In this document: one piece after another, positions 35,276-43,180 of the stretch
How the letters are laid out: each line of letters begins with the position of its first letter
Numbering within the stretch: the first letter of the stretch is position 1
IMG/VR virus record: IMGVR_UViG_3300037423_001098
Location: 1-44,717 of that record
DNA from: a virus
Taxonomy: Duplodnaviria > Caudoviricetes
DNA length: 44,717 nucleotides
Reading direction: 5' to 3' (one strand)
Position numbers and translations under genes: made by a program
Notes under the pieces: generated by a model
The model's database searches: none
Told to the model about the DNA's origin: nothing
Seen by the model: the letters and a program-made list of their open reading frames with translations, nothing else

Positions 35276-35785
35276 ATGGACATGGCGGCCATTGGAGGCG
35301 CGGTTAGCGGCCTCAAAGCAGCACTTGATATCGGTAAGGGTATTCAGGCGCTCAACACCTCGACCGAAGTTCGGCAGAAAACCTCCGACCTGCTTGACGC
35401 GTTGCTCGATGCACGGATGAAACTGGTAGAAGCCGCTGACACGCAATCTGCGCTCTTGGGTCAGATAGAGGAGCTGAAACAGGCGATAGCGAGCTTCGAA
35501 CACTGGAATAGCGAGAAGCAGCGCTACGAACTTAAGGCTATCGACAGAGGCGCTTTTGCCTACATGCACAAGGCGGGCATGGAGAACGGAGAGCCAGCGA
35601 TATGGCTTTGCCAAACATGCTTCGAGCAAAGGCATAAATCTCCGCTCCAGTTTAGGGGACAACCCCGTGATCCGGGGGGCGGCAGGGGCATGCATGCGGT
35701 ATGGGGCTGCAATCGCTGCAAAGCCGAGATTGTTGTGTATTACGCCCGCAAACCGTCGGAACCTTACGCGGAAAAGGACGGCTAG
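35276..35785 (+). CDS. IS passenger: coiled-coil plus Zn-ribbon protein
   Basis: GGGAG RBS; EKQRYEL, WLCQTCF, CNRC. Confidence 0.75.
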   Translation: MDMAAIGGAVSGLKAALDIGKGIQALNTSTEVRQKTSDLLDALLDARMKLVEAADTQSALLGQIEELKQAIASFEHWNSEKQRYELKAIDRGAFAYMHKAGMENGEPAIWLCQTCFEQRHKSPLQFRGQPRDPGGGRGMHAVWGCNRCKAEIVVYYARKPSEPYAEKDG

Positions 35786-35910
35786 CTCCGCCTCCGCGCT
35801 TCCTTCGACCGCCGCTCTATCTCTTCATTGCTGATCGGGGGCGTTTTGAGCGCGCGCCGCACCAGTTGCTCGAAGTTGTCTGTCTTCGGCTTGTCTGAAT
35901 CGTCTCTCAT
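35782..35910 (-). CDS. IS passenger: 42-aa peptide
   Basis: MRDDSDKPKTDNFEQLVRRALKTPPISNEEIERRSKEARRRS; ATGA coupled. Confidence 0.5.
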   Translation of the reverse strand: MRDDSDKPKTDNFEQLVRRALKTPPISNEEIERRSKEARRRS

Positions 35911-36494
35911 GCGACCACATCCGCTCCCCAGACATACGGCATGAGTCCGCCGCGCCGATACTGCATGAGCCGCTTAATGTTGGCCTCAACGTTGGGATGG
36001 TCCTGGTTGGCTTCATACCACTCTACCACGGCGCGGTTCATGTGTTTGCAGAACTCGGTGGTGCTGTAGAGAAACGCGTCATCGGCTTTGCCCATGCCGA
36101 TGACGGTCGAAACGGATTTCGGCAGAAAGACAATCCTCGCGACGCTGTGCTTCAAGTCGCCGAAACGACCGTTGTGAAGCACGCCGCAGCGGATCGAATA
36201 GAGATCATCCGGAGTCGCGTAGTCGAAGCCGGCCTTCAGATTATCTTTGCACCATTGTTTGTAGCGCTGCGGAGAAGTGCGCCCGTCATCAGATATGAGC
36301 GATACACAAATATCAGGCAGCGCTACCGCCATTGATATGGCGATCAGGTCAAGCCCGTTATCGGCGGCAATGTTGATTTGAGTCAGAATGTTAAAGAGGG
36401 GCGATCGAAGCTCCGACCCGATCTCTCTCCCACCCCCGAGCGGCTCCCAAGAGGTCGAAGAGGTCGACTTCGGTGTAGGCGTTCCCGCACTCAT
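35907..36494 (-). CDS. IS passenger: HEPN-like protein (start uncertain)
   Basis: ALPDIC..Y..W..LYSIRCGVLHNG contains an RxxxxH motif. Confidence 0.6.
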   Translation of the reverse strand: MSAGTPTPKSTSSTSWEPLGGGREIGSELRSPLFNILTQINIAADNGLDLIAISMAVALPDICVSLISDDGRTSPQRYKQWCKDNLKAGFDYATPDDLYSIRCGVLHNGRFGDLKHSVARIVFLPKSVSTVIGMGKADDAFLYSTTEFCKHMNRAVVEWYEANQDHPNVEANIKRLMQYRRGGLMPYVWGADVVA

Positions 36495-36630
36495 TGTAGG
36501 CCCTTATCACAACGCGGCCCTCACCCGTAAGCCAAAGCTCTACGGGATCACCATCAGTTCGCTCCCGCACCGCATCCAGCGTTGCGAGCTTAGTAAGCGC
36601 TTTGGTTAGAAGCCGGCCTGTCTCTTTCAC
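36391..36630 (-). CDS. IS passenger: hypothetical protein
   Basis: RVVIRAYNECGNAYTEVDLFDLL; starts just inside the right TIR. Confidence 0.5.
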   Translation of the reverse strand: MKETGRLLTKALTKLATLDAVRERTDGDPVELWLTGEGRVVIRAYNECGNAYTEVDLFDLLGAARGWERDRVGASIAPL

Positions 36631-36831
36631 TCATGCGACTCAATTGATGTTTTGTAAAGTATATAATTGCCTCAGGACTTTCGACCGCTGCCATCGGCAG
36701 TTGCGGCCCATCCTCACGATCCGAGCGACTGACCGAACGCGGCCCAGGCTGCTCGCTTCGTATTTTCCTTCATATCCAGGGATGCTGCGCCAGACCTCGC
36801 CTTCTTCAGGCGAAATTCTGAGCATTGCAGG

Positions 36832-36860
36832 AGACTACCATAATTCAGGGGCCGCGTCAA
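36832..36860 (-). promoter_or_regulatory. sigma70-type promoter, likely late promoter
   Basis: TTGACG-17 bp-TAGTCT with TG extension; predicted start near ATG 36825 (leaderless). Confidence 0.6.
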
Positions 36861-36878
36861 GTCCCTACGCGACCAACG

Positions 36879-37013
36879 CTACCGCCCGCAATTGGTTCCG
36901 ACAAACGCATCGCACCGCTTGCACCGGCTAATGTCCCACACCTTGCGGCCGTCGCATTGCCGACACACCCATTCGCCGACCCTGTGGCCAAACACTAGAC
37001 AGATGAACTTCAC
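36879..37013 (-). CDS. 44-aa Cys-rich protein (DUF1660-like)
   Basis: MKFICLVFGHRV..CRQC..CKRC; GTGA overlap. Confidence 0.6.
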   Translation of the reverse strand: MKFICLVFGHRVGEWVCRQCDGRKVWDISRCKRCDAFVGTNCGR

Positions 37014-37627
37014 GCCGCCCTCCTCTCATACCGCCCGCGCATCCCCGCATCGTAAAGCGCGAACAGCCCGCGAATGCTCGCCTGCAAAAGCTGGTAGTCG
37101 TTGCCCGTCGGAAAGCGGAAGAACGCGGGCTTGCGATTGCGCTTCAGCAATGCCTCGGACACAATCGAAACCACCCACGGTGCGTTTTCATCCCCACTGG
37201 GCCAGCTTCCGACAATCGGGTCGATCAGCAGCGAATAGAGCGCGTGCCGCTCGTATCCGGTCAGGCAATCGTCCATGCGGTCCATGCGCTCGCTGTGCCT
37301 CGGCTCACGCTCCCGCGCCTTGTCCATGCGCTCGTATCCGCCGGCCTTGAACCCCTGCTTGCGCAGGAGCGTCACGAACCAGTCGCGCCACTCCCTGCCG
37401 ACATTGCGAAGCTCAAGGCTGTCGATCGGGTAGCCGTCGAGCAGCCCGAGCGCGTGGAGCTGGCCGATCCCGTCGCACACGTCCTGGTCGATATTTCCAT
37501 CTGAGACGAACGAGAACATTTCCCTTCTCCTCGCAATGTGTTCGGGCGGCGGAGTGAAGCGCCCGCGCTCAAGCGTTCCGTCGAGCTTTCGCGGTCCTGA
37601 CTTCCTCGGCCTTCCACGCTTCGCCAT
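37010..37627 (-). CDS. putative late transcription regulator
   Basis: AT-hook-like KRGRPRK start; Q-like position before the late promoter. Confidence 0.55.
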   Translation of the reverse strand: MAKRGRPRKSGPRKLDGTLERGRFTPPPEHIARRREMFSFVSDGNIDQDVCDGIGQLHALGLLDGYPIDSLELRNVGREWRDWFVTLLRKQGFKAGGYERMDKAREREPRHSERMDRMDDCLTGYERHALYSLLIDPIVGSWPSGDENAPWVVSIVSEALLKRNRKPAFFRFPTGNDYQLLQASIRGLFALYDAGMRGRYERRAA

Positions 37628-37765
37628 CTCACTTCCCCCGCTTGGAACCTATCTCACCGGACTTGCGTTGAACGCATTGCAACGAGACCCACCCAAAGTA
37701 GATGTTCCTGAAGACTCCCCCGCTCTTCTGGAGATGTTGAAATGGGTGGGTCTCGGATGATTCAT

Positions 37766-37854
37766 GGCGCGTCCCTGACGGGACCGCGCTACCCATGAAC
37801 CAAGCCGCAATCTTCGTTCCGTCTTGGCCCTTCGGGTGGGTATCGCTTGCGCGG
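37766..37854 (-). repeat. dispersed structured element, copy D
   Basis: Minus strand GCGCAAGCGATACCCACCCGAAGGGCCAAGAC..GGCTTGGTTCATGGGTAGCGCGGTCCCGTCAGGGACGCGC; begins right after the MTase stop. Confidence 0.85.
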
Positions 37855-38703
37855 TCATGTCGTGACCACATCACCGAACATGCCCGCCTCTGCGGCAATC
37901 CTGCGCCGCGCTATTTCAGCATACTCTTCGTTGAGTTCGATCAAGATTGCATGGCGTCCAAGCCGATCAGCCACCAACCCCGTCGTTCCCGCGCCGCCGA
38001 ATGGATCCAAAACCACCCCCCCCTCCGGGCATCCCGCGAGAATGCACGGCTCGATCAGTTCGGGGGGATAGGTTGCAAAGTGCGCTTCGGCGAACGATTG
38101 CGTGGGGACGGTCCAAACCGAACGCTTCTTCCGCTTGTCACGAATGGCACGGAACGGCTGCTGAATCTTCTTGTCCGTGTTTCCCGCCCGTTGGCCGCTG
38201 AACGCCCCCTTGGGCCTGCCCGTGCGTCCGCTCTGCGTGTTGTAAATCGCGTCCTCTTCGATCGCCGCCCCGTCAAAATAGTAGATTGGCGATTTGGCTA
38301 GCAGGAAGATCTGCTCGTGAGCGTTCGTGCAGCGATCCTTGACGCTCTCCGGCATGGGATTTGGCTTCGCCCAGATGATCTCTTGGCGAAGGGTCCAGCC
38401 ATCAGCCTGAAGCGCGAATGCCAATCTCCAAGGAATGCCGAGAAGCTGTTTCTTGGATCCGTTTGTGTCACCGATGTTCAACCACAGCGTCCCGTCATCT
38501 CGCAGCACGCGCCGCACCTCGCGGAACACCTCAACGATTCTGGCGACAAACTCGTCTGGTGTCGGCTCAAGCCCGATCTGCGCCTCATGCCCGTAGTCCC
38601 TGAGCTGGAAATACGGCGGGCTAGTCACGCAGCAGTGGATAGACCCGCTTTCGATCTCCGAAAGGCGCTCGCGGCAATCGCCGACAATGATTCTCGTTGT
38701 CAT
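37855..38703 (-). CDS. N4-cytosine/N6-adenine DNA methyltransferase (beta class)
   Basis: TSPPY before DPFGGAGTT; start MTTRIIVGDC at 38703. Confidence 0.92.
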   Translation of the reverse strand: MTTRIIVGDCRERLSEIESGSIHCCVTSPPYFQLRDYGHEAQIGLEPTPDEFVARIVEVFREVRRVLRDDGTLWLNIGDTNGSKKQLLGIPWRLAFALQADGWTLRQEIIWAKPNPMPESVKDRCTNAHEQIFLLAKSPIYYFDGAAIEEDAIYNTQSGRTGRPKGAFSGQRAGNTDKKIQQPFRAIRDKRKKRSVWTVPTQSFAEAHFATYPPELIEPCILAGCPEGGVVLDPFGGAGTTGLVADRLGRHAILIELNEEYAEIARRRIAAEAGMFGDVVTT

Positions 38704-38764
38704 GCCGCGCCTATGCAATGTATCTGCCGCCTGGACAGATCTGAAATTCGGGTAGTTTCGCCAG

Positions 38765-38841
38765 CGAAAGTGATCGAAGCCGACAGGCGGAAACGCGAAG
38801 CGGTTCCGTGAGGAGCACGAGAGCGCGGTCCGAAGGGTTCG
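38765..38841 (+). repeat. dispersed structured element, copy G
   Basis: CGAAAGTGATCGAAGCCGACAGGCGGAAACGCGAAGCGGTTCCG..CGAGAGCGCGGTCCGAAGGGTTCG. Confidence 0.75.
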
Positions 38842-38875
38842 ACCGTATTCCGGTATCCGATGGTGACGGGCTGCG

Positions 38876-39274
38876 TCATGCCGCACCAATCGACTTGATG
38901 AGCTTCCGAACTTCGGCGGCGCTCACATACTCGGGCTCGGCGGAGTCAAGGCGTGGCGCATGGCGATTGGCAAACGCCTGCCGTTCCCACTCAAGCTGCT
39001 GAACGCGATGTTTCCAGCTCGCTTCCGTGGTCTCGAAAATCACCGGCACGATCTCGGATGCAAACCGGCACCGCTTGCGCGCCTCCTTGCATCCCACGGC
39101 CAGGAGATCGGCGGGAATGCCGCTGAGCGTCGCGCGGGCGACTTTCACCCACGCATCGCGATCCTCGGCGCTCATTCCGGTCGGCGCCACCAGCGTCAGG
39201 CAGGCCATCAGCTCGGCAGTTCCCGCCGCCGCGCTTGCCGTGCGAACCTTGGCTTCCGCCCTAGAAAGGCTCAT
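38876..39274 (-). CDS. replication-associated protein (gpP-position, loader-like)
   Basis: Follows the initiator; LSGIPADLL..CRFASEIVP; start may be 39352. Confidence 0.55.
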   Translation of the reverse strand: MSLSRAEAKVRTASAAAGTAELMACLTLVAPTGMSAEDRDAWVKVARATLSGIPADLLAVGCKEARKRCRFASEIVPVIFETTEASWKHRVQQLEWERQAFANRHAPRLDSAEPEYVSAAEVRKLIKSIGAA

Positions 39275-39848
39275 CGGGATCGAGGCCGGCTGTGGCGAGG
39301 CGATAAGCTGCCTGAGACTTTCCGATTCCGTTTGCTTGTCCGTGTCGCTCATCGTGCCGCCTCGTGATCCAATTTCGCCAAGCCTGATCCCAGTCGAGCT
39401 TTCGCCCCTTGCCGTTCTTGTCCTCGGCGTTCGCGGCCCATCGCCGGAACGACGCGAGTTCGTCGTCCAGGCAACCAGGCGGCCAAAGATCGACTTTCGC
39501 TAGGATCGGTGCTGGCAGAGGGCGCGGAACCCAATCCTCGGGCAGCCTGTGCCAAACGCCTCGCGCCCGTCTCACACACGGGATGGGATTAATTTCTTTA
39601 GGGGGTCTGGGGGACGTTTCTTTATCAAGGGAAACCCTGTCCGTGACATCGGCGTGACATGGTGTGACTTGTCCCGTGACATCGGCGGATTTTTCATGTT
39701 CCCGTTGCGCCCGCTTGCGATCCCTGTCCGCGTGACGGCGCGCTTCGAGACACGCTTGCGCGGCCTCAACTTCCTCGACGGCAAGCGCGATCATCTCGTG
39801 CGTCGCGCCGAGTTCGCCCATGCGCCTGACGAGGTTGGCAATGCTCAT
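39261..39848 (-). CDS. phage replication initiator-like protein
   Basis: DRDRKRAQRE linker, internal iterons, RLPEDWVP..F..W..KLDWDQAWRNWI C-terminal domain. Confidence 0.75.
   Translation of the reverse strand: MSIANLVRRMGELGATHEMIALAVEEVEAAQACLEARRHADRDRKRAQREHEKSADVTGQVTPCHADVTDRVSLDKETSPRPPKEINPIPCVRRARGVWHRLPEDWVPRPLPAPILAKVDLWPPGCLDDELASFRRWAANAEDKNGKGRKLDWDQAWRNWITRRHDERHGQANGIGKSQAAYRLATAGLDPDEPF
39585..39690. promoter_or_regulatory. putative replication origin (iterons plus AT-rich tract)
   Basis: CCGTGACATCGGCG at 39641 and 39674, further GTGAC repeats, next to ATTAATTTCTTTA and TTTCTTTATCAA. Confidence 0.65.
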
Positions 39849-40147
39849 GCCGCCAGCGCCCAGATTGCATCCCGCAGGCGCGCGGAGCCGTTCGCGGGAT
39901 CGCGCAGCGCAAGGATTGCATCGCGCAGCTTTGCCGAGCCGATTTCGGCCTCGCGCCGGAGCTGTTCATCTGTCGGCGGTAAGCCCATCCACTCGGCGCA
40001 AGTGCGCGCGGGATACGGGAAGCCGCCAACCGCAGCGCGTGGCGGATCGAGCTTGGCGCGATACTTCAGGCCCCACAGGCGCGCGGTGGCGCAGCGTGAA
40101 GCCTGGTCCGCCTGCATGAGCGCAATCTGTTTTGCGGTCTGTGCCAT
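39845..40147 (-). CDS. hypothetical protein
   Basis: Coupled to the initiator; GSAKLRDAI/GSARLRDAI internal duplication. Confidence 0.55.
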   Translation of the reverse strand: MAQTAKQIALMQADQASRCATARLWGLKYRAKLDPPRAAVGGFPYPARTCAEWMGLPPTDEQLRREAEIGSAKLRDAILALRDPANGSARLRDAIWALAA

Positions 40148-40155
40148 CGCGGATT

Positions 40156-40746
40156 CTATGCTGCCTGGCATTCGCGGTCGCCAACCGATTGTTGGCGGTT
40201 ATCCCCAGAATACCGGCACTCGCTTGAAACAATTGACGAAATGATCGTTTTTACTAAGTGCCTGAACGCTTCGTCCTCGCCCATAATCCGCTCGACTGTG
40301 CGGACGGCGTGAATGACGGTCGTGTGGTCGCGATTGCCGAAGTGGCGTCCAATGTCGGGCAGGGATCGCGGCGTCAGGCGCTTGCAAATATACATCGCAA
40401 CCTGACGCGGACGGGCGACCTCTCGCGAACGGCGCGCGGACACCATCTCGTCCACGGGAATGCGAAACTCCGCCGCCGTGATGCGCTTGATGCGCGCGAT
40501 CGGCGTCTCGAACTCGGGCGGAACGGGAAGCTCGGAATTGAGGATAGCAGCCGCACCCTCACCCTTGGCGCTAAGACTGTAATATGGCGGCCAGCGCTTT
40601 TCTGGCGGCATATCCAGGTTCAGGAAACCAAGCTCCCACAGGCGTTTCAGCACGCACCCGTTGACGCCCAGGTCGGGCGCTGTAACCGACCTGTTGCCGA
40701 TGCTCGCCAGCACGCTCGTCATGCTCGGCGTGAGGTCCGCAATCAT
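40156..40746 (-). CDS. protein with DnaA C-terminal DNA-binding domain
   Basis: SARRSREVARPRQVAMYICKRLTPRSLPDIGRHFGNRDHTTVIHAVRTV. Confidence 0.88.
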   Translation of the reverse strand: MIADLTPSMTSVLASIGNRSVTAPDLGVNGCVLKRLWELGFLNLDMPPEKRWPPYYSLSAKGEGAAAILNSELPVPPEFETPIARIKRITAAEFRIPVDEMVSARRSREVARPRQVAMYICKRLTPRSLPDIGRHFGNRDHTTVIHAVRTVERIMGEDEAFRHLVKTIISSIVSSECRYSGDNRQQSVGDRECQAA

Positions 40747-40964
40747 TTTCCTTCTCCAATGTCATCGCTGATTGTTGCCGGCGGAATCTTGGTGAGCTGT
40801 TCCCGCTCGAACCGCTCAAGCTCTTCGGCCCACAGCTTGCGGACCTTTGCTTCGGTGGAATCGTATGTGGTCGCCCACCTGGAGACGTTAATCTCCGGCC
40901 GCTTTGTGCCGTTTGAGATGGCAAGCTGGATTGCGGGACGGAGGGTGAGGGAGAGGTGGTTCAT
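40743..40964 (-). CDS. hypothetical protein
   Basis: ATGA coupling at both ends. Confidence 0.55.
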   Translation of the reverse strand: MNHLSLTLRPAIQLAISNGTKRPEINVSRWATTYDSTEAKVRKLWAEELERFEREQLTKIPPATISDDIGEGK

Positions 40965-41314
40965 TGGCCGATCACCACGACAACGCGGGCATCCTTCACC
41001 GGCTCGGCGAAGTGATAGCTCGGCAGGAAGCGGCGGTCGTTGACCTTGAGGGCGTCGGCAATGCCGTCCCAATAGGGCTTCATGCGGTTTGGAAAATTCG
41101 TGCGATCCCCGCGTCTGTCTGGCGGGTAGAACGTCACCGAAATGCGAATGTCGCCCTCTAGGTCGTATCCGCCATCTCCCCACGCCGCCGTGGTCGCGAT
41201 CCGCGCCCATTCACGATGTTTGGCGACTGCGCCAGTCTTGGCTCGCCAATGACCCGTGTTGTGGCCAGACAGTGCGCCGACCGGGAATGGCAGTTCGATG
41301 ACGACGCCGCTCAT
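40961..41314 (-). CDS. rusA: RusA-like Holliday junction resolvase
   Basis: IELPFP, FYPPDRRGDRTN..KPYWDGIADALKVNDRRF. Confidence 0.75.
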   Translation of the reverse strand: MSGVVIELPFPVGALSGHNTGHWRAKTGAVAKHREWARIATTAAWGDGGYDLEGDIRISVTFYPPDRRGDRTNFPNRMKPYWDGIADALKVNDRRFLPSYHFAEPVKDARVVVVIGQ

Positions 41315-42006
41315 GCCGCCTCCGCATTCATGGAGGCGAGGATTGCGATGTTCAGCAGCGCGTCACGGAACGCGGGCGGCGTCTCGAGCGCCTCCTGTTT
41401 TTTCATCACGGGCAACTTGCGGTCAAAGAGTCCGATTTGGTGCGAACCCTTGCACGCTCTCCAGTTCAGCGGCGGGGGCGGGCAGTTCCCGTGATAAAGC
41501 AGCCACGTCCGCTTGCGGGCGCGATGTCCATACGCGGCCTGGTCGACCTCGGTCGTCCAATCGCCGTCGATGTTCTGCTGCCAATATCCTCGAGACGGTT
41601 CTGGGATGCCGTGAAAGCGGAAGGCTCGGCTTTCGGCGGGATGCTCGAGAACGCCGCCCCATGTGCGAACCGCCGCTAGGGCTGACGCAAAGCAACCGCC
41701 GTCCTCGTTGATCTTGAAGCCCCAACGCTTGTGATTGACGGCGGAAAGCTGATGCCAACGGTCGCACGGCGGATGTGCCACGACCGGATATGGGCCAGCA
41801 TACAGCCGCGCGTCGCGCCGCTCATCCCAAGGATCGACGCCCGGAATACCGAAGTAACAACCGCCGGTTTCGACGTAGAGCGCCGCAACGCGCAATGGGA
41901 TTGAAGCCGGAACGGGCGAGACAACTTGTTGGCTCGACGGCGTAGCCGCGAAAGCCCGGTCGGCGGAGCCGATGCGCCCAGACTGATTGTCCCCCGCCCT
42001 ACTCAT
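41311..42006 (-). CDS. phage Dcm-like (C5 cytosine MTase-like) protein with element-derived N-terminus
   Basis: VAALYV, DARLYAGPYPVVAHPPC, GGVLEHP, GHRARKRTWL. Confidence 0.65.
   Translation of the reverse strand: MSRAGDNQSGRIGSADRAFAATPSSQQVVSPVPASIPLRVAALYVETGGCYFGIPGVDPWDERRDARLYAGPYPVVAHPPCDRWHQLSAVNHKRWGFKINEDGGCFASALAAVRTWGGVLEHPAESRAFRFHGIPEPSRGYWQQNIDGDWTTEVDQAAYGHRARKRTWLLYHGNCPPPPLNWRACKGSHQIGLFDRKLPVMKKQEALETPPAFRDALLNIAILASMNAEAA
41890..41979 (+). repeat. dispersed structured element, copy E
   Basis: GCGCAATGGGATTGAAGCCGGAACGGGCGAGAC..GGCTCGACGGCGTAGCCGCGAAAGCCCGGTCGGCGGAGCCGATGCGCCC. Confidence 0.85.
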
Positions 42007-42149
42007 CAGGACACCCGCGCCTTAAGCGCAGCCTCTCTCCTCTTCCTGTAATCCTGAACACGGAAAGAGGAGGCGTTCTGTGACACCATGCGCTGGAGCT
42101 TTCGGCAGGCGCGCTTGTGGCGATACATGAAGAGGAGTTCGCGGATCAC
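42006..42149 (-). CDS. 47-aa basic protein
   Basis: GTGA overlap; MIRELLFMYRHKRACRKL..YRKRREAALK. Confidence 0.5.
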   Translation of the reverse strand: MIRELLFMYRHKRACRKLQRMVSQNASSFRVQDYRKRREAALKARVS

Positions 42150-42358
42150 CGAAGCCTCCGCAGATCGTCCAGCAGTTCCATGGCGAGCGGCCGCCAGAGC
42201 GAACGGGAAAACTCGCCGCCAGCGATGAAGGAGAAGCAGCACGCGCCGATTGCGCTGACCACATAGAAGATGGCGGCTCCGGTATAGATCGCAGCGGCGA
42301 GACAGAAGGCCGCCACGGCCCCCTCGAATGCGAGAGCAGAAATACTCTGCTTGGTCAT
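42146..42358 (-). CDS. small membrane protein
   Basis: MTKQSISALAFEGAVAAFCLAAAIYTG..; ATGA coupling. Confidence 0.55.
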   Translation of the reverse strand: MTKQSISALAFEGAVAAFCLAAAIYTGAAIFYVVSAIGACCFSFIAGGEFSRSLWRPLAMELLDDLRRLR

Positions 42359-42669
42359 GCAGCCTTCTCCCTTCGTGTCGGCAGTTCGAGGTCGAGCGCG
42401 CGTTGCTTGGAGCGGAGGGCGCGTTCGGCGGCTGTCTCCGCCATGCGCTCGGCAATCTCGGGCCACGCATCCTTGACGCGCTCCCATGTGACGAAGCCCA
42501 TCTCGGCTTCACCGGCGATGTATTGCGCGACGCTCTCGCGGGTGCGGTGAATCTGCGCGCCCATCTCTTCGAGGGTCAGGCCGCGAGCGTTCTTGACCTG
42601 GAGGAGCGCGGTGCCAGCATCCGCCACGACGGCGTCGCGGGATCGGCCAAGGATAATTGACGCGGACAT
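42355..42669 (-). CDS. CII-position HTH regulator
   Basis: GLTLEEMGAQIHRTRESVAQYIAGE. Confidence 0.65.
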   Translation of the reverse strand: MSASIILGRSRDAVVADAGTALLQVKNARGLTLEEMGAQIHRTRESVAQYIAGEAEMGFVTWERVKDAWPEIAERMAETAAERALRSKQRALDLELPTRREKAA

Positions 42670-43003
42670 CGTTATAGGGCCGTTCCGTCATGGAGTGCGA
42701 CCTGACTCGTGAAGAGGCGGCTGCCCGCAGCTCGCTCCCCCGCCCGGTTCCTGGTGGCCGCCTCTGTTCCCCGCAGCTCATCGGGCAAGCGGGGCCAGTC
42801 TCCATAGATTGTGATTTCGCGGGGGTGCATCTAGCGGCGCCCCCCTTCCTCAACGCCGCCCGTTGGCAGCGACTTGAGAAACCTGCGAAACTCGCGGCGC
42901 TTTCTCGCGGGCATTGCTTCGGCCGCTTCCGCCAGCATGTCGGCGATATAGGCGCGACGGAAACAGTCGAACTTGTCCGCCCTGATCTCCCCCGCCATGT
43001 GCG

Positions 43004-43180
43004 TCACCTTTCCGCTTGTGCTGAACGGGTCAGCCTGTGACGGCGCTCGAAGTCTCTGATTTCGTCGGCTGTCGGCTCATGGCCGGTCACGCGGACGTAG
43101 CTGGTTATGAATTGGTCGAGCTGCGGGTGAACGCGCTCGATTGTGAGCGACCGCGACGGAGCGGGCGCAAACGCGATCAT
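43004..43180 (-). CDS. 58-aa hypothetical protein
   Basis: ATGA overlap with cro stop; MIAFAPAPSRSLTIERVHPQLDQF. Confidence 0.45.
   Translation of the reverse strand: MIAFAPAPSRSLTIERVHPQLDQFITSYVRVTGHEPTADEIRDFERRHRLTRSAQAER

Larger units (their letters stand above)
34200..36671 (+). mobile_element. IS1595-family element (2472 bp) with passenger genes
   Basis: 24-bp TIRs GGCAATTATATACTT(G/T)ACAAAACA at 34200-34223 and 36648-36671; 8-bp TSD TCAGGACT at 34192-34199 and 36672-36679. Confidence 0.95.
33785..36825 (-). pseudogene. NUMOD4-HNH endonuclease split by IS1595
   Basis: 5' part 36825-36672 (EVWRSIPGYEGKYEASSLGRVRS..SKVL) joins in frame to 34191-33785 (IPFPVNCYPTVNL..VHRAVCLAFHG..HGDGTRDNNRPENLRW) after removing the IS and one TSD. 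Confidence 0.9.

Noticed and set aside
35171-35695. 174-aa antisense ORF inside the IS
   Set aside because: Almost fully overlaps the better supported + strand Zn-ribbon gene; dual coding cannot be shown from this sequence
37855-38703. Restriction-modification system
   Set aside because: No adjacent restriction endonuclease; an orphan phage MTase is more likely
4715-41979. Dispersed elements as terminators, tRNA remnants or classical MITEs
   Set aside because: No U-tracts, no TTCG T-loop or anticodon geometry, and I found no consistent TIRs or TSDs
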